A stretch of DNA of 64,000 nt from a virus, in the IMG/VR virus record IMGVR_UViG_3300034356_001231, positions 23,809 through 87,808 of that record; one strand, given 5' to 3'. The notes below the pieces were generated by a model. It was not told where the DNA came from, ran no database searches, and saw nothing but the letters and a program-made list of their open reading frames with translations. Positions 44,381-55,200 of this stretch are shown here, piece by piece (within the stretch, counting starts at the first letter, position 1; the number at the start of each line of letters is the position of its first letter). The translations under genes and the position numbers were made by a program.

Positions 44381-45047
44381 ATTTTTTGTTTTTTACGATT
44401 AGAGAAGTGAGATAGTTCTCAAATAAGTTCAATTTCTGTTCTTCAAGTTGTCTTTTACTCAAAGAATGAATATTCTTCTTCATTTCATGAAGTTTTTCTT
44501 CATGCCACGAACCTTTGACTGGGTCGTAAATCCATTCAACGTTTTCCATAATACCATTTACGAAACATCCTGGTCCACTGGGATCAGAAACAATATCAAC
44601 TGTTGAAAGTTTGAAATCAGGTTGAACGATCATGGCGCCATTTGATTCTTTTAATGAACCCATACCACGTGTAGAAACGCCAAGTTGTCCGCCTGATTCT
44701 AGGAGACCACGAGCAATCTCACCCATAGGTGTTGATGTAATTTTGGCCTTACCGTTTACATAGTTACCATCCCACTTTAATTCGGTAATGATATGAGAAA
44801 CACGATCTAGATTGATAGTTGGACCTGATGGATGATTTAATTCGCCGAATGCTCTTTTTGCATTAACTACTTCACGAATATATCTTGACACTTCGTTTTC
44901 AAGAATATCTTTCTTATACAATCTACCGTTTTTATTTTTCTCTTCAGCAGTCATAAAGCGTCCCATAATATAATGGTGCTTCTTACCGTCTTCAGATCTT
45001 TCGGTAATATATTGAGTGTCTTCGTTTAATTCGGCGATGAGTTTCAT
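44376..45047 (-). CDS. gp21: Prohead protease gp21
   Basis: N.NGRLY, GELNHP, GVSTRGMGS, DIVSDPS. Confidence 0.95.
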   Translation of the reverse strand: MKLIAELNEDTQYITERSEDGKKHHYIMGRFMTAEEKNKNGRLYKKDILENEVSRYIREVVNAKRAFGELNHPSGPTINLDRVSHIITELKWDGNYVNGKAKITSTPMGEIARGLLESGGQLGVSTRGMGSLKESNGAMIVQPDFKLSTVDIVSDPSGPGCFVNGIMENVEWIYDPVKGSWHEEKLHEMKKNIHSLSKRQLEEQKLNLFENYLTSLIVKNKKL

Positions 45048-45050
45048 CTG

Positions 45051-45296
45051 TTATCCTCTGTATGCTACTGGAGTTGCTAATAGGCCAGTGCCTTGTAAAC
45101 CGTCTGTTAAACCTTTAGCAACAATGACAGGTGCTGTATTGGTTACAGTTGTATTAGCATAAACAACACCATTTGCGTATGAAATATTTAAAACTGCTGC
45201 AGCGCCAGTAGCAACCACTCTACAAAGATTAGCAGTATTTGAAAAAGTGTTAGCTGTTGAAATGCTAACCTCTGGTCCTAAAAGTTTTATAACCAT
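45051..45296 (-). CDS. Small head-region structural protein
   Basis: Packed ORF between gene 21 and an upstream core gene. Confidence 0.65.
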   Translation of the reverse strand: MVIKLLGPEVSISTANTFSNTANLCRVVATGAAAVLNISYANGVVYANTTVTNTAPVIVAKGLTDGLQGTGLLATPVAYRG

Positions 45297-46141
45297 TATA
45301 AAGTCCCCACATCTAGTCTACCTGTTGACCATCCAGCAGCGCCTGGTCCAGCATAATCAGTATTAGTTGCTGGGCCAGATTCAGATTGGCCGTGCATTTT
45401 CCACGCTTTAGCATATAGAACTTGCGTTCCTTTTTCTTTACCATACTGTTTTATGAAACGTTCTTTGTTTGACTTGATCCAAGATTCAATTTTTTTACTT
45501 GGTGGAGCAACTTCTTGGATATCTTCTTCTTTTAGCTTTGCTTTAGCTACAGAAGAACCACGCTCGCCAGCTTCGATATCACGTTTTGCTAATCCCGCAG
45601 ACATTGTTCTAGCTCCACCAAACATAGAGCCAGTAGATTTTAATTGATTATACTGTTTCTTGCCTGGTTTTAGTTTTGTTACTGGTTTGTCAGAAGCAGC
45701 TGCTATAGCAGCAAGTTGTTTAGTAACTTTCTTATGCGCTACATCTTCAACACGTCCTTCTGAAACATGTTTTTTATCGGTAAGCATTTTCTTGCCTTTA
45801 TATCTTGGTTCTTGATCGGAACCAGATGGGCAAGCAGCTTCGCCGTGAACTTCGCACATCACACCTTCATTGGTTTGATTACATGCAGCTTCATAAACTC
45901 CATCTTTCTGGAATTTATACTTTGAAGTCTTTTCACCACCACCCTTCTTACCCTTGAATGCAGCTTCTGCATCATATGGGTAATCATGAGTCTCAGTGTC
46001 ATGTTTCTTTACAAAGGCAACGCCATCTTTAGCATTCCACTGATATAAATTCTTATCGTCAATATCTGGCGGAGCAACTGTAGTTTTATTTACTCCAGCG
46101 AACTGGCCTTTACCAGCAATATCTCTAAGTTTCTTCGCCAT
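45296..46141 (-). CDS. Lys-rich prohead core/internal protein
   Basis: At the gene 67/68 position; EVAPP...F..QYG...LYA.AWK motif. Confidence 0.6.
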   Translation of the reverse strand: MAKKLRDIAGKGQFAGVNKTTVAPPDIDDKNLYQWNAKDGVAFVKKHDTETHDYPYDAEAAFKGKKGGGEKTSKYKFQKDGVYEAACNQTNEGVMCEVHGEAACPSGSDQEPRYKGKKMLTDKKHVSEGRVEDVAHKKVTKQLAAIAAASDKPVTKLKPGKKQYNQLKSTGSMFGGARTMSAGLAKRDIEAGERGSSVAKAKLKEEDIQEVAPPSKKIESWIKSNKERFIKQYGKEKGTQVLYAKAWKMHGQSESGPATNTDYAGPGAAGWSTGRLDVGTL

Positions 46142-46376
46142 TATCCTCTTCCTCTGAGTTATCTATTTCTTGTTCTTGTTCTTCAGCATCATCTTCATAT
46201 TCGACTTCTGGTTCGTAACCATACATCTGTTGAGCAATTTGTATTTTCTTATTCTCAATAGCTGTAGAGATACGATCAACAATCAAGTCATTAAATGCTG
46301 CTTCAAAATCTGTTGGCTTCTGATCTAATGCAGAAATAACTAAGTCATCTAATTCATATTTATTAACGTCAGTCAT
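46125..46376 (-). CDS. Acidic prohead core protein (gp67-like)
   Basis: Directly after the portal gene; acidic tail. Confidence 0.65.
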   Translation of the reverse strand: MTDVNKYELDDLVISALDQKPTDFEAAFNDLIVDRISTAIENKKIQIAQQMYGYEPEVEYEDDAEEQEQEIDNSEEEDNGEET

Positions 46377-46392
46377 TTACATTCATCCTTTA

Positions 46393-48201
46393 TTATTGTT
46401 CTGTAGCTCTAACAGAACCTCTTTGTACTAGTTCTGGATTCTTTGCTAATACTTGTACCGCTGCTTTATATTTTGCTTCATCTGCCATAGTTCTATTAGC
46501 CTTTGGCATTTTCTTCATTTGATCTACGATTATTTCAGCGTTTCTAACTTGTTCCATTTTTTGTGCTAGTTCTGGATCTTGACCTTGCGAACCTTCAACA
46601 CCTGGTTGAAGTTGCTGTTCTTGCATACCTTGCATCTGTTGATTCTGCATTTCAGCTTGCTGTAATAACATTTCATTATTAATAATAGCTGGATTAATCC
46701 ATCTGTTTTCGCCTTGATCCGCCATTTGTGATTCTGTATTGATTTGTTTATCGTTCTTTGCTATATCATCGTCAGACTGTTGAAGAACGTTTTTACGAAC
46801 CCATTCATGACTGTAATACTTACCAACCATATCCTGAATATTTCTTGCTTGGTTTATACGACCTTCAAGAATTTCAGCGTCTTTAAGTTCTGTAAAATAG
46901 TTATCCTTAGCAAAGTCAAAACGAATATCGTCGACGATGTAATTCCAATCTTCAATAGTAGTAACACCCTTGAGGATTAGTTGTTTCTTCAACATTTCTA
47001 GGAATAGGTTTGAGAATCTTCCTCTCAAACGAATACAAAAACGATTAAACTTTAACTCGTCTCTTGTAATTTCTGTGGCTCTACCAACTGAAAATAGAGC
47101 GTCTGAATTAAGTCTTGACACTGGAACATTAAGCGCCTGTAAGAACTTCTTTTGAAAGTATAAAACGTCGTCCATCTGTCCCAATGTCTGACCGCCTGGT
47201 AGGGTAGTAACCTCCGTACCTCTACCACCTTCACGACGAGGTAGCCAGTAATCCTCTAGCATCGTCATGAATTTGCGGTCATCTCTAATGTCGCCTGTCT
47301 GGGCGTCATAGATTAATCTGTTTTTATGCTTAACCATAATATCACGAACGTACTGCTCTGCCTTCATCTTAGGCAGATTACCAACATCGATATACCAAAT
47401 ACGTCTTTCGGGCGCACGAGCAAGGCGATAAATCACTAAGGCGTCTTCCAGGGTGCGCAACTGGTTTAGCGGTTTAATAGCTTTATGCAGATAGGAAAGA
47501 ACCATTGTGCCTTGATTGTCTGTTAGACCTGACACAACATGTAGAATAGAATCTTTAGCAATCTTTAAACCAGTAGTTGATGGACCGACTGCTTTATTAC
47601 CGAAATTGAAACCTTTGTCGTTAAAGATAAAATATTCATTAACTGTTTTGGTAACAATTGCATCGCCTGGATTGTTGGCTTGAATTTTTTTCTTTTGAAC
47701 TTCGCGGACTTTACGGATCTTTCTTGGATCAACGTAACGAACTTCTTTGATACCAGCTGATGGATTATTGTCATCAATAATAACATGATAATATAAACGA
47801 CCATCAATATACCAGCGTCTATAAATTTCATATGCATATTTGTTGAAACCTAAAAGGTTCAAACAATGCTGAAACTCGTCTCTAATGATTTTTTTAATAT
47901 TGTCTTTGACGTTTAATTGTTCTAGATTAATTTGAACAATATGTTCTTCATCAATTGAAATAGACTCATTGACAATTTCATCAACAGCTGCATCACATTC
48001 TGGTTGTAATGACATCTCACGATATTTTGTAACTAGTTCTGCTTCAGATCTTACTGTACCATCAAGATCAACATAAGTGCCAAAAGCACCACCTGCTGAT
48101 ACGACAACAGCACCATCGTCCGAGTCCTTTGGTGGAGCGAACGACGGTAGCTCTGGGTCTGGTCTTTTTTTTCTGAATTCGAAACCGAATAATTCTGCCA
48201 T
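46393..48201 (-). CDS. gp20: Portal protein gp20 with a Gln-rich C-terminal extension
   Basis: WYIDGR, YRLARAPERR, EDYWLPRREGGRGTE. Confidence 0.97.
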   Translation of the reverse strand: MAELFGFEFRKKRPDPELPSFAPPKDSDDGAVVVSAGGAFGTYVDLDGTVRSEAELVTKYREMSLQPECDAAVDEIVNESISIDEEHIVQINLEQLNVKDNIKKIIRDEFQHCLNLLGFNKYAYEIYRRWYIDGRLYYHVIIDDNNPSAGIKEVRYVDPRKIRKVREVQKKKIQANNPGDAIVTKTVNEYFIFNDKGFNFGNKAVGPSTTGLKIAKDSILHVVSGLTDNQGTMVLSYLHKAIKPLNQLRTLEDALVIYRLARAPERRIWYIDVGNLPKMKAEQYVRDIMVKHKNRLIYDAQTGDIRDDRKFMTMLEDYWLPRREGGRGTEVTTLPGGQTLGQMDDVLYFQKKFLQALNVPVSRLNSDALFSVGRATEITRDELKFNRFCIRLRGRFSNLFLEMLKKQLILKGVTTIEDWNYIVDDIRFDFAKDNYFTELKDAEILEGRINQARNIQDMVGKYYSHEWVRKNVLQQSDDDIAKNDKQINTESQMADQGENRWINPAIINNEMLLQQAEMQNQQMQGMQEQQLQPGVEGSQGQDPELAQKMEQVRNAEIIVDQMKKMPKANRTMADEAKYKAAVQVLAKNPELVQRGSVRATEQ

Positions 48202-48218
48202 TTATTTCTCCAAAAGTT

Positions 48219-48238
48219 GGAGGGAGTTAACTCCCTCC
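48219..48238. terminator. Hairpin between genes 19 and 20
   Basis: Palindrome GGAGGGAGTTAACTCCCTCC. Confidence 0.55.
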
Positions 48239-48258
48239 ATTCACATAGTTTAGTTTAT

Positions 48259-48870
48259 TTAGACTATTGGTCCGATATCAGTTTGAGCGAGATATGGTGT
48301 GACTTTACCAGCTGTCTTGACTGAAGTGTCTTCAATTACTGGTAGCCAGTAATCGTAAGCAAAGTTTACAGTAAACTCTTCAACAGCGTTCTGCGAATCC
48401 CATCCTAGTGTAATGCCACTAAGCTGAGTTGGGAATGCACCAATTAGCTGATAAACACGAAGTACTTCGCCATCCTTAGCAAACTGTGTAACGTCAACAG
48501 CGAATGCTTTATATTGTTCAAAAGCAGCTTCTGGTAGACGAATATTTGTCTGCATCGTATTGATAGCATTCTGCCATGCTTCAAACATTGAACGTACAGA
48601 GAAATCTTCATCGTTCATTACTGTAATTGACCAATCAGCAAAAGATCTTTCGCCAGCCAACTTAATTCTACGACCGAAATATGGAACTTCAATCTGAGAA
48701 ATTGTTGACTCTGGTAGCTCTGCTGCTCTACAAGTGAAAACTAGCTTTTTAAATGCTTCAGGATTCAATGGTAGAGTAGGAGGCGGTGTTATTTGGACTT
48801 GGAAGAGGGAGGGGCGAGCGCCCCCCCATGGTAGTCCATTTACTTTAAAAGAGTTAATATTAAAAGCCAT
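48259..48870 (-). CDS. gp19: Tail tube protein gp19
   Basis: GARPSLF, CRAAELP, GR.IKLAG.RSF.DW..TVMNDEDF. Confidence 0.95.
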   Translation of the reverse strand: MAFNINSFKVNGLPWGGARPSLFQVQITPPPTLPLNPEAFKKLVFTCRAAELPESTISQIEVPYFGRRIKLAGERSFADWSITVMNDEDFSVRSMFEAWQNAINTMQTNIRLPEAAFEQYKAFAVDVTQFAKDGEVLRVYQLIGAFPTQLSGITLGWDSQNAVEEFTVNFAYDYWLPVIEDTSVKTAGKVTPYLAQTDIGPIV

Positions 48871-48902
48871 CTATTTTACTCCTAGAATATTTTATCTATT
48901 TA

Positions 48903-51509
48903 TTAAAACTTACCGATAACTTCAGAGAACTGAACACCAGTTGGAACAGCAACGAAGTTAAGCTGGATAAAGTTAATGCTTCTAGCAGGTTTAATATAGA
49001 TGTCTCCAACAAACTGATTGCTGTCAATAATTTGTGGAGTGTTGTTTGTATCATCACATACAACATAGAAATCAGTAATACCACGACGACCTTTAATAGT
49101 GCGTAGATATGGTGTTACAAGGTTTCTAAACTGTGCTCTTGTGAAAGCATCGTTGAATTCGAACAACTGATACTTAGCTGCAGTAGCAATTGCCTTTTCA
49201 AGAACAATGAACAATCTGCGAACATTGATACGATCAAAGGCAGATGGCTTGTCCTGTAGGGTTTTATCTCCATATAGAACAGTTCCCTGACCTGGGAATG
49301 TTACAACAGGATTGATACCGTTACTATAAAGAATGTCGCGCTCTGCTTTGCGTGGATTGAATGCTAGTTTTACTAGATTCTTAATTTGACCACGGTTGAA
49401 ACCAGCTGGCGACCACCAAGCGTCATTAGTAGTATCTGTTCTTGCGCAGATACCAGCAATGTCACCGTTTAGTGGAACCCAACGATAAACGTCATTATAA
49501 CGATCATATTGATACTTATAACCTGAATCCATGATAGCGTATGAAGAACTATTAAGAGATCCTCTCCATGCTTTAAGATCCACAGCTTCGTCGCCGACGT
49601 TATTAAGGACTGTTGAACGATCAGGAGATACTAGAACCACACAATCTCTTCTAGAATTGACTATGTTATCGATTAGATAATTAGCCAACTGGAAATTATT
49701 GACTGTTCTTCCACCTACTGCAGTAGTTCCGCCAATAGGCTTTCCTTGGATAACTAGAGAAATATCGATATCCTCGGCTGACTGGAATAGATCATAAGCT
49801 GAACCTAGGATAGCAATTGTTGCTGATGATTCATTAAGACCGTCAGCTCCATGAGCAAGGGTTATATTAGCAGGAGCAGTAGCTGATGAAGAAACTACAT
49901 TTAGTGCTGATGCAGAAGGAGCAATACTACGGTCATTAGCCCAACGAATATAATTAGAATTCTGATTAATTACGTCTTTGTAGTAATTACCAGTTCCATC
50001 ATTATTCTTGCCATCAGTAGCACGTGATAGACCTCTATAAACCTCAAGAATTGTTCCTGGTGTTCCTGAGAATTTTCCACCATCATCAACAACTACGACG
50101 TGAAGTTCGTCTTGTGCAGAAGTGTTACCATTGGCTAGTACGAAATCAGACTGACCTGGTGCAACGTCTACGACATTGAAGAATTCCCAATAACGATCAA
50201 TAGTATTGCTGACAAAATCAGTTCTTAGTCTGTAAGAATCTTCAAGATTAATTCTGACTACAGTGGTGTTTGCCACTAGAGTTGAATTTGCACCAGAAGT
50301 AGTAGTTAGATCAATTTCATCGCCAAATGGTGTTAGCGATAGTTTTAATCCAGAAGAATTAGCCTGAATTACATGGTAGTTAATACCCTGTGTTAGACCG
50401 GTAATTTGACTGTTTCCAGCTGTGTTAGAATAGTTAACAATATCGCCGTTTGAGTATGGATTACTTGCAATAGTAATGAAGTTAGAAGTATTTGATACAT
50501 CCAAGCCACTGAAACCAATAGTTGAAGTATTAATGAAACTTGCATTACTTCCTACTGATACTGACTGAACCATCAAATATTGCTGATTGATTGAACTATT
50601 ACCAGCAAGAACTTGATCGCCGTTTGCCAACTTAGTTGCAACACTGTTTGCTGCAGCATTTGTAGTGCCAGCAAACTTAATAGTTGCTACGTTTGAACCA
50701 AGGCGGAATTCAATACGAGCATTAGCAGTTACGCCACTACCAGCAACATTAGCGCCAGTTAGAGCGATTGTTGAATTGAAGCTCTCTGCTGTGTCGCAAA
50801 TTCCAACTCTTAGAGAATTACCCATGTCGCCTGGGAATCTTGCAACGTAAATAACGTCTGGATCAAAGTTGCCATCTTTATCAGCATAATCATTGTCGTT
50901 TTTGACTACCTGATTTACTAGGTTAGCAACAAACCCATTAGCGCCCATTGCTGAAGAACCTGGCTCTAGAGCTACAGCAGTATAAGCTGAAGCTGGATGA
51001 GCAAAGTAGAAACTTACGCCATTCTGTGTAGCAGTTACATTGCTTGAAAGGGTTACTGAAGATGAGTTCTTAGAAAGTACTGAAATTGTTGAAAGCACTG
51101 CAGTGTTTACTGAGCTATTACCAAAAGTAATGCTAGCATTTGAACATTGAGTAAGATACATTCCTACTAAAATGTTAGATGTATCGGCAATCAAAACAAC
51201 ATTATTAGCGCCATCAGTGTTACCAGAAACTACAGGAGTGGCTCCGGTTACATCAGCAGCACGTGAAACCCAAAGGCGATTAGTATATGATAGAAAGTTC
51301 GCCGCTGTGAAAAATGTTTCGCCGTTAAAATTGGTTGGTTTACCAAATCGAGTAACTAGCGCATTTTCAGAGTCGATTAAAACTCTTTCTCCGATTGGAC
51401 CCCAACGAAAAACGCCAGCAAAGGCGCCATCAGTTGTGGCAACTGAAGGAACCACTGTTGTAAGGTCGATCTCAGATACATTAACACCAGGTGATAGTTG
51501 AAAAGCCAT
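48903..51509 (-). CDS. gp18: Tail sheath protein gp18 with inserted domain(s)
   Basis: SPGV...EIDLT, WWSPAGFNRG, FDRINVRRLF, IKPARSINFIQLNF. Confidence 0.96.
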   Translation of the reverse strand: MAFQLSPGVNVSEIDLTTVVPSVATTDGAFAGVFRWGPIGERVLIDSENALVTRFGKPTNFNGETFFTAANFLSYTNRLWVSRAADVTGATPVVSGNTDGANNVVLIADTSNILVGMYLTQCSNASITFGNSSVNTAVLSTISVLSKNSSSVTLSSNVTATQNGVSFYFAHPASAYTAVALEPGSSAMGANGFVANLVNQVVKNDNDYADKDGNFDPDVIYVARFPGDMGNSLRVGICDTAESFNSTIALTGANVAGSGVTANARIEFRLGSNVATIKFAGTTNAAANSVATKLANGDQVLAGNSSINQQYLMVQSVSVGSNASFINTSTIGFSGLDVSNTSNFITIASNPYSNGDIVNYSNTAGNSQITGLTQGINYHVIQANSSGLKLSLTPFGDEIDLTTTSGANSTLVANTTVVRINLEDSYRLRTDFVSNTIDRYWEFFNVVDVAPGQSDFVLANGNTSAQDELHVVVVDDGGKFSGTPGTILEVYRGLSRATDGKNNDGTGNYYKDVINQNSNYIRWANDRSIAPSASALNVVSSSATAPANITLAHGADGLNESSATIAILGSAYDLFQSAEDIDISLVIQGKPIGGTTAVGGRTVNNFQLANYLIDNIVNSRRDCVVLVSPDRSTVLNNVGDEAVDLKAWRGSLNSSSYAIMDSGYKYQYDRYNDVYRWVPLNGDIAGICARTDTTNDAWWSPAGFNRGQIKNLVKLAFNPRKAERDILYSNGINPVVTFPGQGTVLYGDKTLQDKPSAFDRINVRRLFIVLEKAIATAAKYQLFEFNDAFTRAQFRNLVTPYLRTIKGRRGITDFYVVCDDTNNTPQIIDSNQFVGDIYIKPARSINFIQLNFVAVPTGVQFSEVIGKF

Positions 51510-51555
51510 TTTTATTTTCTCCCTATTACGAGAACATTCGTATATTTGTTTTTTG

Positions 51556-51563
51556 TATTTATA
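51556..51563 (-). promoter_or_regulatory. Late promoter (gene 18)
   Basis: TATAAATA on the - strand. Confidence 0.75.
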
Positions 51564-51575
51564 AAAAGGGCTTTT

Positions 51576-53216
51576 TTAGAAGTCTTGCGGATGATTCCAC
51601 ATCCAAGAGTCGCCTACAAATCTTTCATATTCTTCCTCAACGAAATCATCTCTCCCAGAATCTACAAAGCCGAATGGGGCCAAATCTTGCTCCATATCAT
51701 CTTCAGTTTTGTCTCTCAGTGACATAAGAGTATTAATATTAGTATAATCTTTAAAATATTGTTGGTCTGAAAGCCAAGCAAATAGAACCAAACACATTAC
51801 CAAATCGTCGTGTTTCCCTGGCTCGGCTTCATACGAAGTTCCTTTTTTAGAAAAGGTTCCTAACTCGCTAATCGTGTTTATATCGTTAACGATTAATTGA
51901 TTCTGTTCTATAAGTAGCTTTAATATAGAACAACCTATAGATTTGACGATTTTAGTGGTACGGATACCTTTATCAACGCTCCCTCCACCAAATCCAGTTG
52001 TGATCCTTTTACCAGATCTTCCTGCATTCTCAGTAAAAAGAACATTCTCATAACCAAAATCATAGTTTAATGAAGTTGAAACTTGTTCGCCAATATCATT
52101 TACTTCAACCAACACAGAGGCGTTATTATATGCCTTAGCAGTTCTATGAATAATATCAGCATAATCTAAAGGAGTGATAGCATTATTTCTATAAACTCCG
52201 ACCTGTTGGTAAGGCATATTTGTAACATCTATAAGCTGAAACGCTGAATAGTCTAATCCTTTGCCTCTAGAAACGTCGCATACCATCATATATACATGAT
52301 TCGGTTCTACTGGCTTGAATTGAGTCAAACCATCTTTTTGTAAGATAGGGTTACTAGAAACCAGTTCTTTGAGTTTCCAACCAGCAATAAGTGTTCCTGA
52401 TGACCCCAAGAACTCACAATTGTATTCCTGATCAAACTTCTCTAGGTCGAAGTTCATACCTGCTATGGTTTCAGATTTCCATTTTTCATCTCTACCTGGA
52501 ACACTAGTCCAGTGAACAAGAATAGGATGATAACCATTTTGACCTTTTTGAGCATTAGCCCAAGTAGCGTGGAAATGATTTAGACCATTAGGGGTAGAAA
52601 CTAGAATAATCTTTGATTCTGAACCTGATGAGATAGTAGGATAAACCGATGTGAAAAATTCGTCCCAATTTTCAATGAACGCTGCTTCGTCGATGAATAG
52701 AAGGTTGATAGTATAACCACGGATGGCGCTGGCTGAAGTTGCCGCTGCCAAAACACGAGAATTGTTTTCTAGAACAAACGAACCTTTGTTCCATTCAACC
52801 ACACCCTGCTGTAGCCATTTAGGTAGATGTTGATAGGCGAGCTGAACTCGACCTAGAATTTCTCGAGCCGTATCACCTTTATTCGCCAAAAGAGCAACTG
52901 TTTTATCAGGATGGAAAATGATATACCAAAGGATGAATGCGCAAGTTGTTGTTGATTTACCAGCCTGACGAGCAGTTGTGACTATAGAATAACGATTATC
53001 TTTGAAAGATCTAACCATATCCTTCTGATAATCATACATTTTAAAACTTGTAAGACCCTCGTTAATTGAGATGATCTTCATATAATTTTCAGTAAAATAG
53101 ATAGGATCTTGTTGACACTTAACATACTCCTGGACTAATTCCGGAGTCCATTCAATGTTCTGATTAGTTTTCTTTAATAGAACATTACCCTTATAACCGC
53201 CAGTCAATTCATTCAT
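51576..53216 (-). CDS. gp17: Terminase large subunit gp17
   Basis: RQAGKST, IDEAAF, STPNGLNHF, DVSRG...DYS, HDDLVM. Confidence 0.97.
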   Translation of the reverse strand: MNELTGGYKGNVLLKKTNQNIEWTPELVQEYVKCQQDPIYFTENYMKIISINEGLTSFKMYDYQKDMVRSFKDNRYSIVTTARQAGKSTTTCAFILWYIIFHPDKTVALLANKGDTAREILGRVQLAYQHLPKWLQQGVVEWNKGSFVLENNSRVLAAATSASAIRGYTINLLFIDEAAFIENWDEFFTSVYPTISSGSESKIILVSTPNGLNHFHATWANAQKGQNGYHPILVHWTSVPGRDEKWKSETIAGMNFDLEKFDQEYNCEFLGSSGTLIAGWKLKELVSSNPILQKDGLTQFKPVEPNHVYMMVCDVSRGKGLDYSAFQLIDVTNMPYQQVGVYRNNAITPLDYADIIHRTAKAYNNASVLVEVNDIGEQVSTSLNYDFGYENVLFTENAGRSGKRITTGFGGGSVDKGIRTTKIVKSIGCSILKLLIEQNQLIVNDINTISELGTFSKKGTSYEAEPGKHDDLVMCLVLFAWLSDQQYFKDYTNINTLMSLRDKTEDDMEQDLAPFGFVDSGRDDFVEEEYERFVGDSWMWNHPQDF

Positions 53217-53616
53217 TGTTCTTCATATCCTTAAGAACTTTTTGTAACTCTGCTGTCGATCCTACAAATAGATTGTTATTGATAGTCTGAGCTTTTTCGC
53301 TTATAGGAGAATCCTTAGCGTCAATGTCTCTTATTTTTGTTTGTAATTCTAACAGTTCTTTATTGGTGTTGACAACTGTATCCATCAACTTAGCAAGAAC
53401 TTCGAACGCACGTGGATGCTGCGATTGACCAGCTATTTCAGATAGCTTATCAATTGCTTCTTGACCTGTTTGAATAACTTCATAAAGATTAGCTCTGGCT
53501 GCTTCGAAATCATTTCTAGCAGAATCATCATGAGCTTTTGCTATCAAATTGTCAATTTGTTTTTCATATTGTAACGGAGTAAGAGATTTATCCGTTTCAT
53601 CATTTTTTTCTGTCAT
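53209..53616 (-). CDS. gp16: Terminase small subunit gp16
   Basis: QHPRAFEV, NNLFVGSTAELQK. Confidence 0.93.
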   Translation of the reverse strand: MTEKNDETDKSLTPLQYEKQIDNLIAKAHDDSARNDFEAARANLYEVIQTGQEAIDKLSEIAGQSQHPRAFEVLAKLMDTVVNTNKELLELQTKIRDIDAKDSPISEKAQTINNNLFVGSTAELQKVLKDMKNNE

Positions 53617-54470
53617 TCAATCTCATCAGTGTTATAAATTTGAGTTATGAAACCATAATCATCGTCGGAATTTATTTCAATATAAGGCACAGTTCCTGTG
53701 TTGGCGTTTGGACCTCCATAGTAATTTATAGGATTGCCATTAGCGTCTAAACCTGGCTGAACTGTTACCTTCTCGGCCATTTGAGTTATACCTCTACCCT
53801 GAGCGGCAGTATTTGTAGAAGGTATATAAAACTGTGTTCTAACGAACTTAATAATACCAGAGGATTTAACAGGTCCGTAAAGATAACCTTTCAATACAAA
53901 ATCCAACTGCCAAATTATAGCTCTTCTTTCAGTATATGCTCCATCATAATTATCAGAATAACTAATGTTATTTAGAATGATTGGTATGTCCATTGTAACA
54001 TTAACTTCTGGAATTAAATTACAAGTAGTTGTCCAATCTGGAGTAAAATACGGAAGTATCTGTTCAATAATTTTAGTTCCATCTTCAGCGTTTTTAGCGT
54101 AGATAAAAACCTTAAAATCTATATTGTAAGGAACAGGATTATATTGATATTTGAACTTATCAGCGTCAGTAGCGTCTTTGACAGAAACCTTACCAATAGT
54201 GTTTAATTTTCTAGAGCCATCATAAACCATTTTGCCCATCTCGAAAGAGATCATAGGCAATGGCGCTACTGCTGTTTGAGCGTCTAAACCTGGATCTTGT
54301 GTAATACGAGCCAGCATTTTATCTTTAGGAGCGTATGTAATTGGAACCCTTAAAAGAGCAGTAACATCCCCAGCTGTGTTTGTTCTAGTAATTCGAATCT
54401 GATTTAGCAAAGTTCCCATAAGAATTACATATTTTCTTATAAGACCAAAATAAAACGGCGAACCAAACAT
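53613..54470 (-). CDS. gp15: Tail sheath stabiliser gp15
   Basis: VPITYAPKDK, PVPYN, EQILPYFTP. Confidence 0.93.
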   Translation of the reverse strand: MFGSPFYFGLIRKYVILMGTLLNQIRITRTNTAGDVTALLRVPITYAPKDKMLARITQDPGLDAQTAVAPLPMISFEMGKMVYDGSRKLNTIGKVSVKDATDADKFKYQYNPVPYNIDFKVFIYAKNAEDGTKIIEQILPYFTPDWTTTCNLIPEVNVTMDIPIILNNISYSDNYDGAYTERRAIIWQLDFVLKGYLYGPVKSSGIIKFVRTQFYIPSTNTAAQGRGITQMAEKVTVQPGLDANGNPINYYGGPNANTGTVPYIEINSDDDYGFITQIYNTDEIE

Positions 54471-55198
54471 TAAATTTTACCTTCGCTAAATGGATCTATT
54501 GAACTAAAGTCTACAAATAAATCTGACTCTTGTTGTATTTCTTCGTTATCAGAAGCATGTATAAGATCGTTCATTGAAGAATTTTCCAGAACTATATAAT
54601 CTCCGTCTTCAGTCAAAATAGGCAATTCATTCGAGCTTTCTTCTTTGATAGTCCAATCAAGAATATTGATATCATATTTTTTCTGAATAGCATCTATTTC
54701 AGGAATACCGGTATTGATAAGTTCGCCTGAATACTCAAATACTTCACAAGTCATTTCCCATGTTTGTAAAGCGCCAAGCTGGTAAAACATCTCGTACTTA
54801 TTTACATATTTTATTTGAAAAGCTCTTTGATTCAATGGAAACCAAATTAGGTCGCCTTCGTTTGGTCTTACCTGAGTAGTAAACTCTCCGACTTCATCGT
54901 TAAAAATTCTACGAGCGACCGAGAACACAACCTGATTACGGATTTCAACGCCAAACTTAGAAAGGAATTCTTGATCGCCGCTGAAACCATCAATAGATTT
55001 GATATACATTTCTATTGGGTAAGCTACTTCATATGACGATTGATCGTCTGCTCCATACACATCATCATAATTGTTCAATTTACGAGGAATGTAGTATATA
55101 TCGTGACCATATATTTTTATTGACTCAATAATTAAATTCTCAAGAAGCAGCTGCTCCTGAGATGCTTGAAAATTATTGAAGAAAAAATTAGTGGCCAT
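54470..55198 (-). CDS. gp14: Neck protein gp14
   Basis: ESIKIYG, LSKFG, RPNEGDLI, FYQLG. Confidence 0.93.
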   Translation of the reverse strand: MATNFFFNNFQASQEQLLLENLIIESIKIYGHDIYYIPRKLNNYDDVYGADDQSSYEVAYPIEMYIKSIDGFSGDQEFLSKFGVEIRNQVVFSVARRIFNDEVGEFTTQVRPNEGDLIWFPLNQRAFQIKYVNKYEMFYQLGALQTWEMTCEVFEYSGELINTGIPEIDAIQKKYDINILDWTIKEESSNELPILTEDGDYIVLENSSMNDLIHASDNEEIQQESDLFVDFSSIDPFSEGKI

Positions 55199-55200
55199 AA

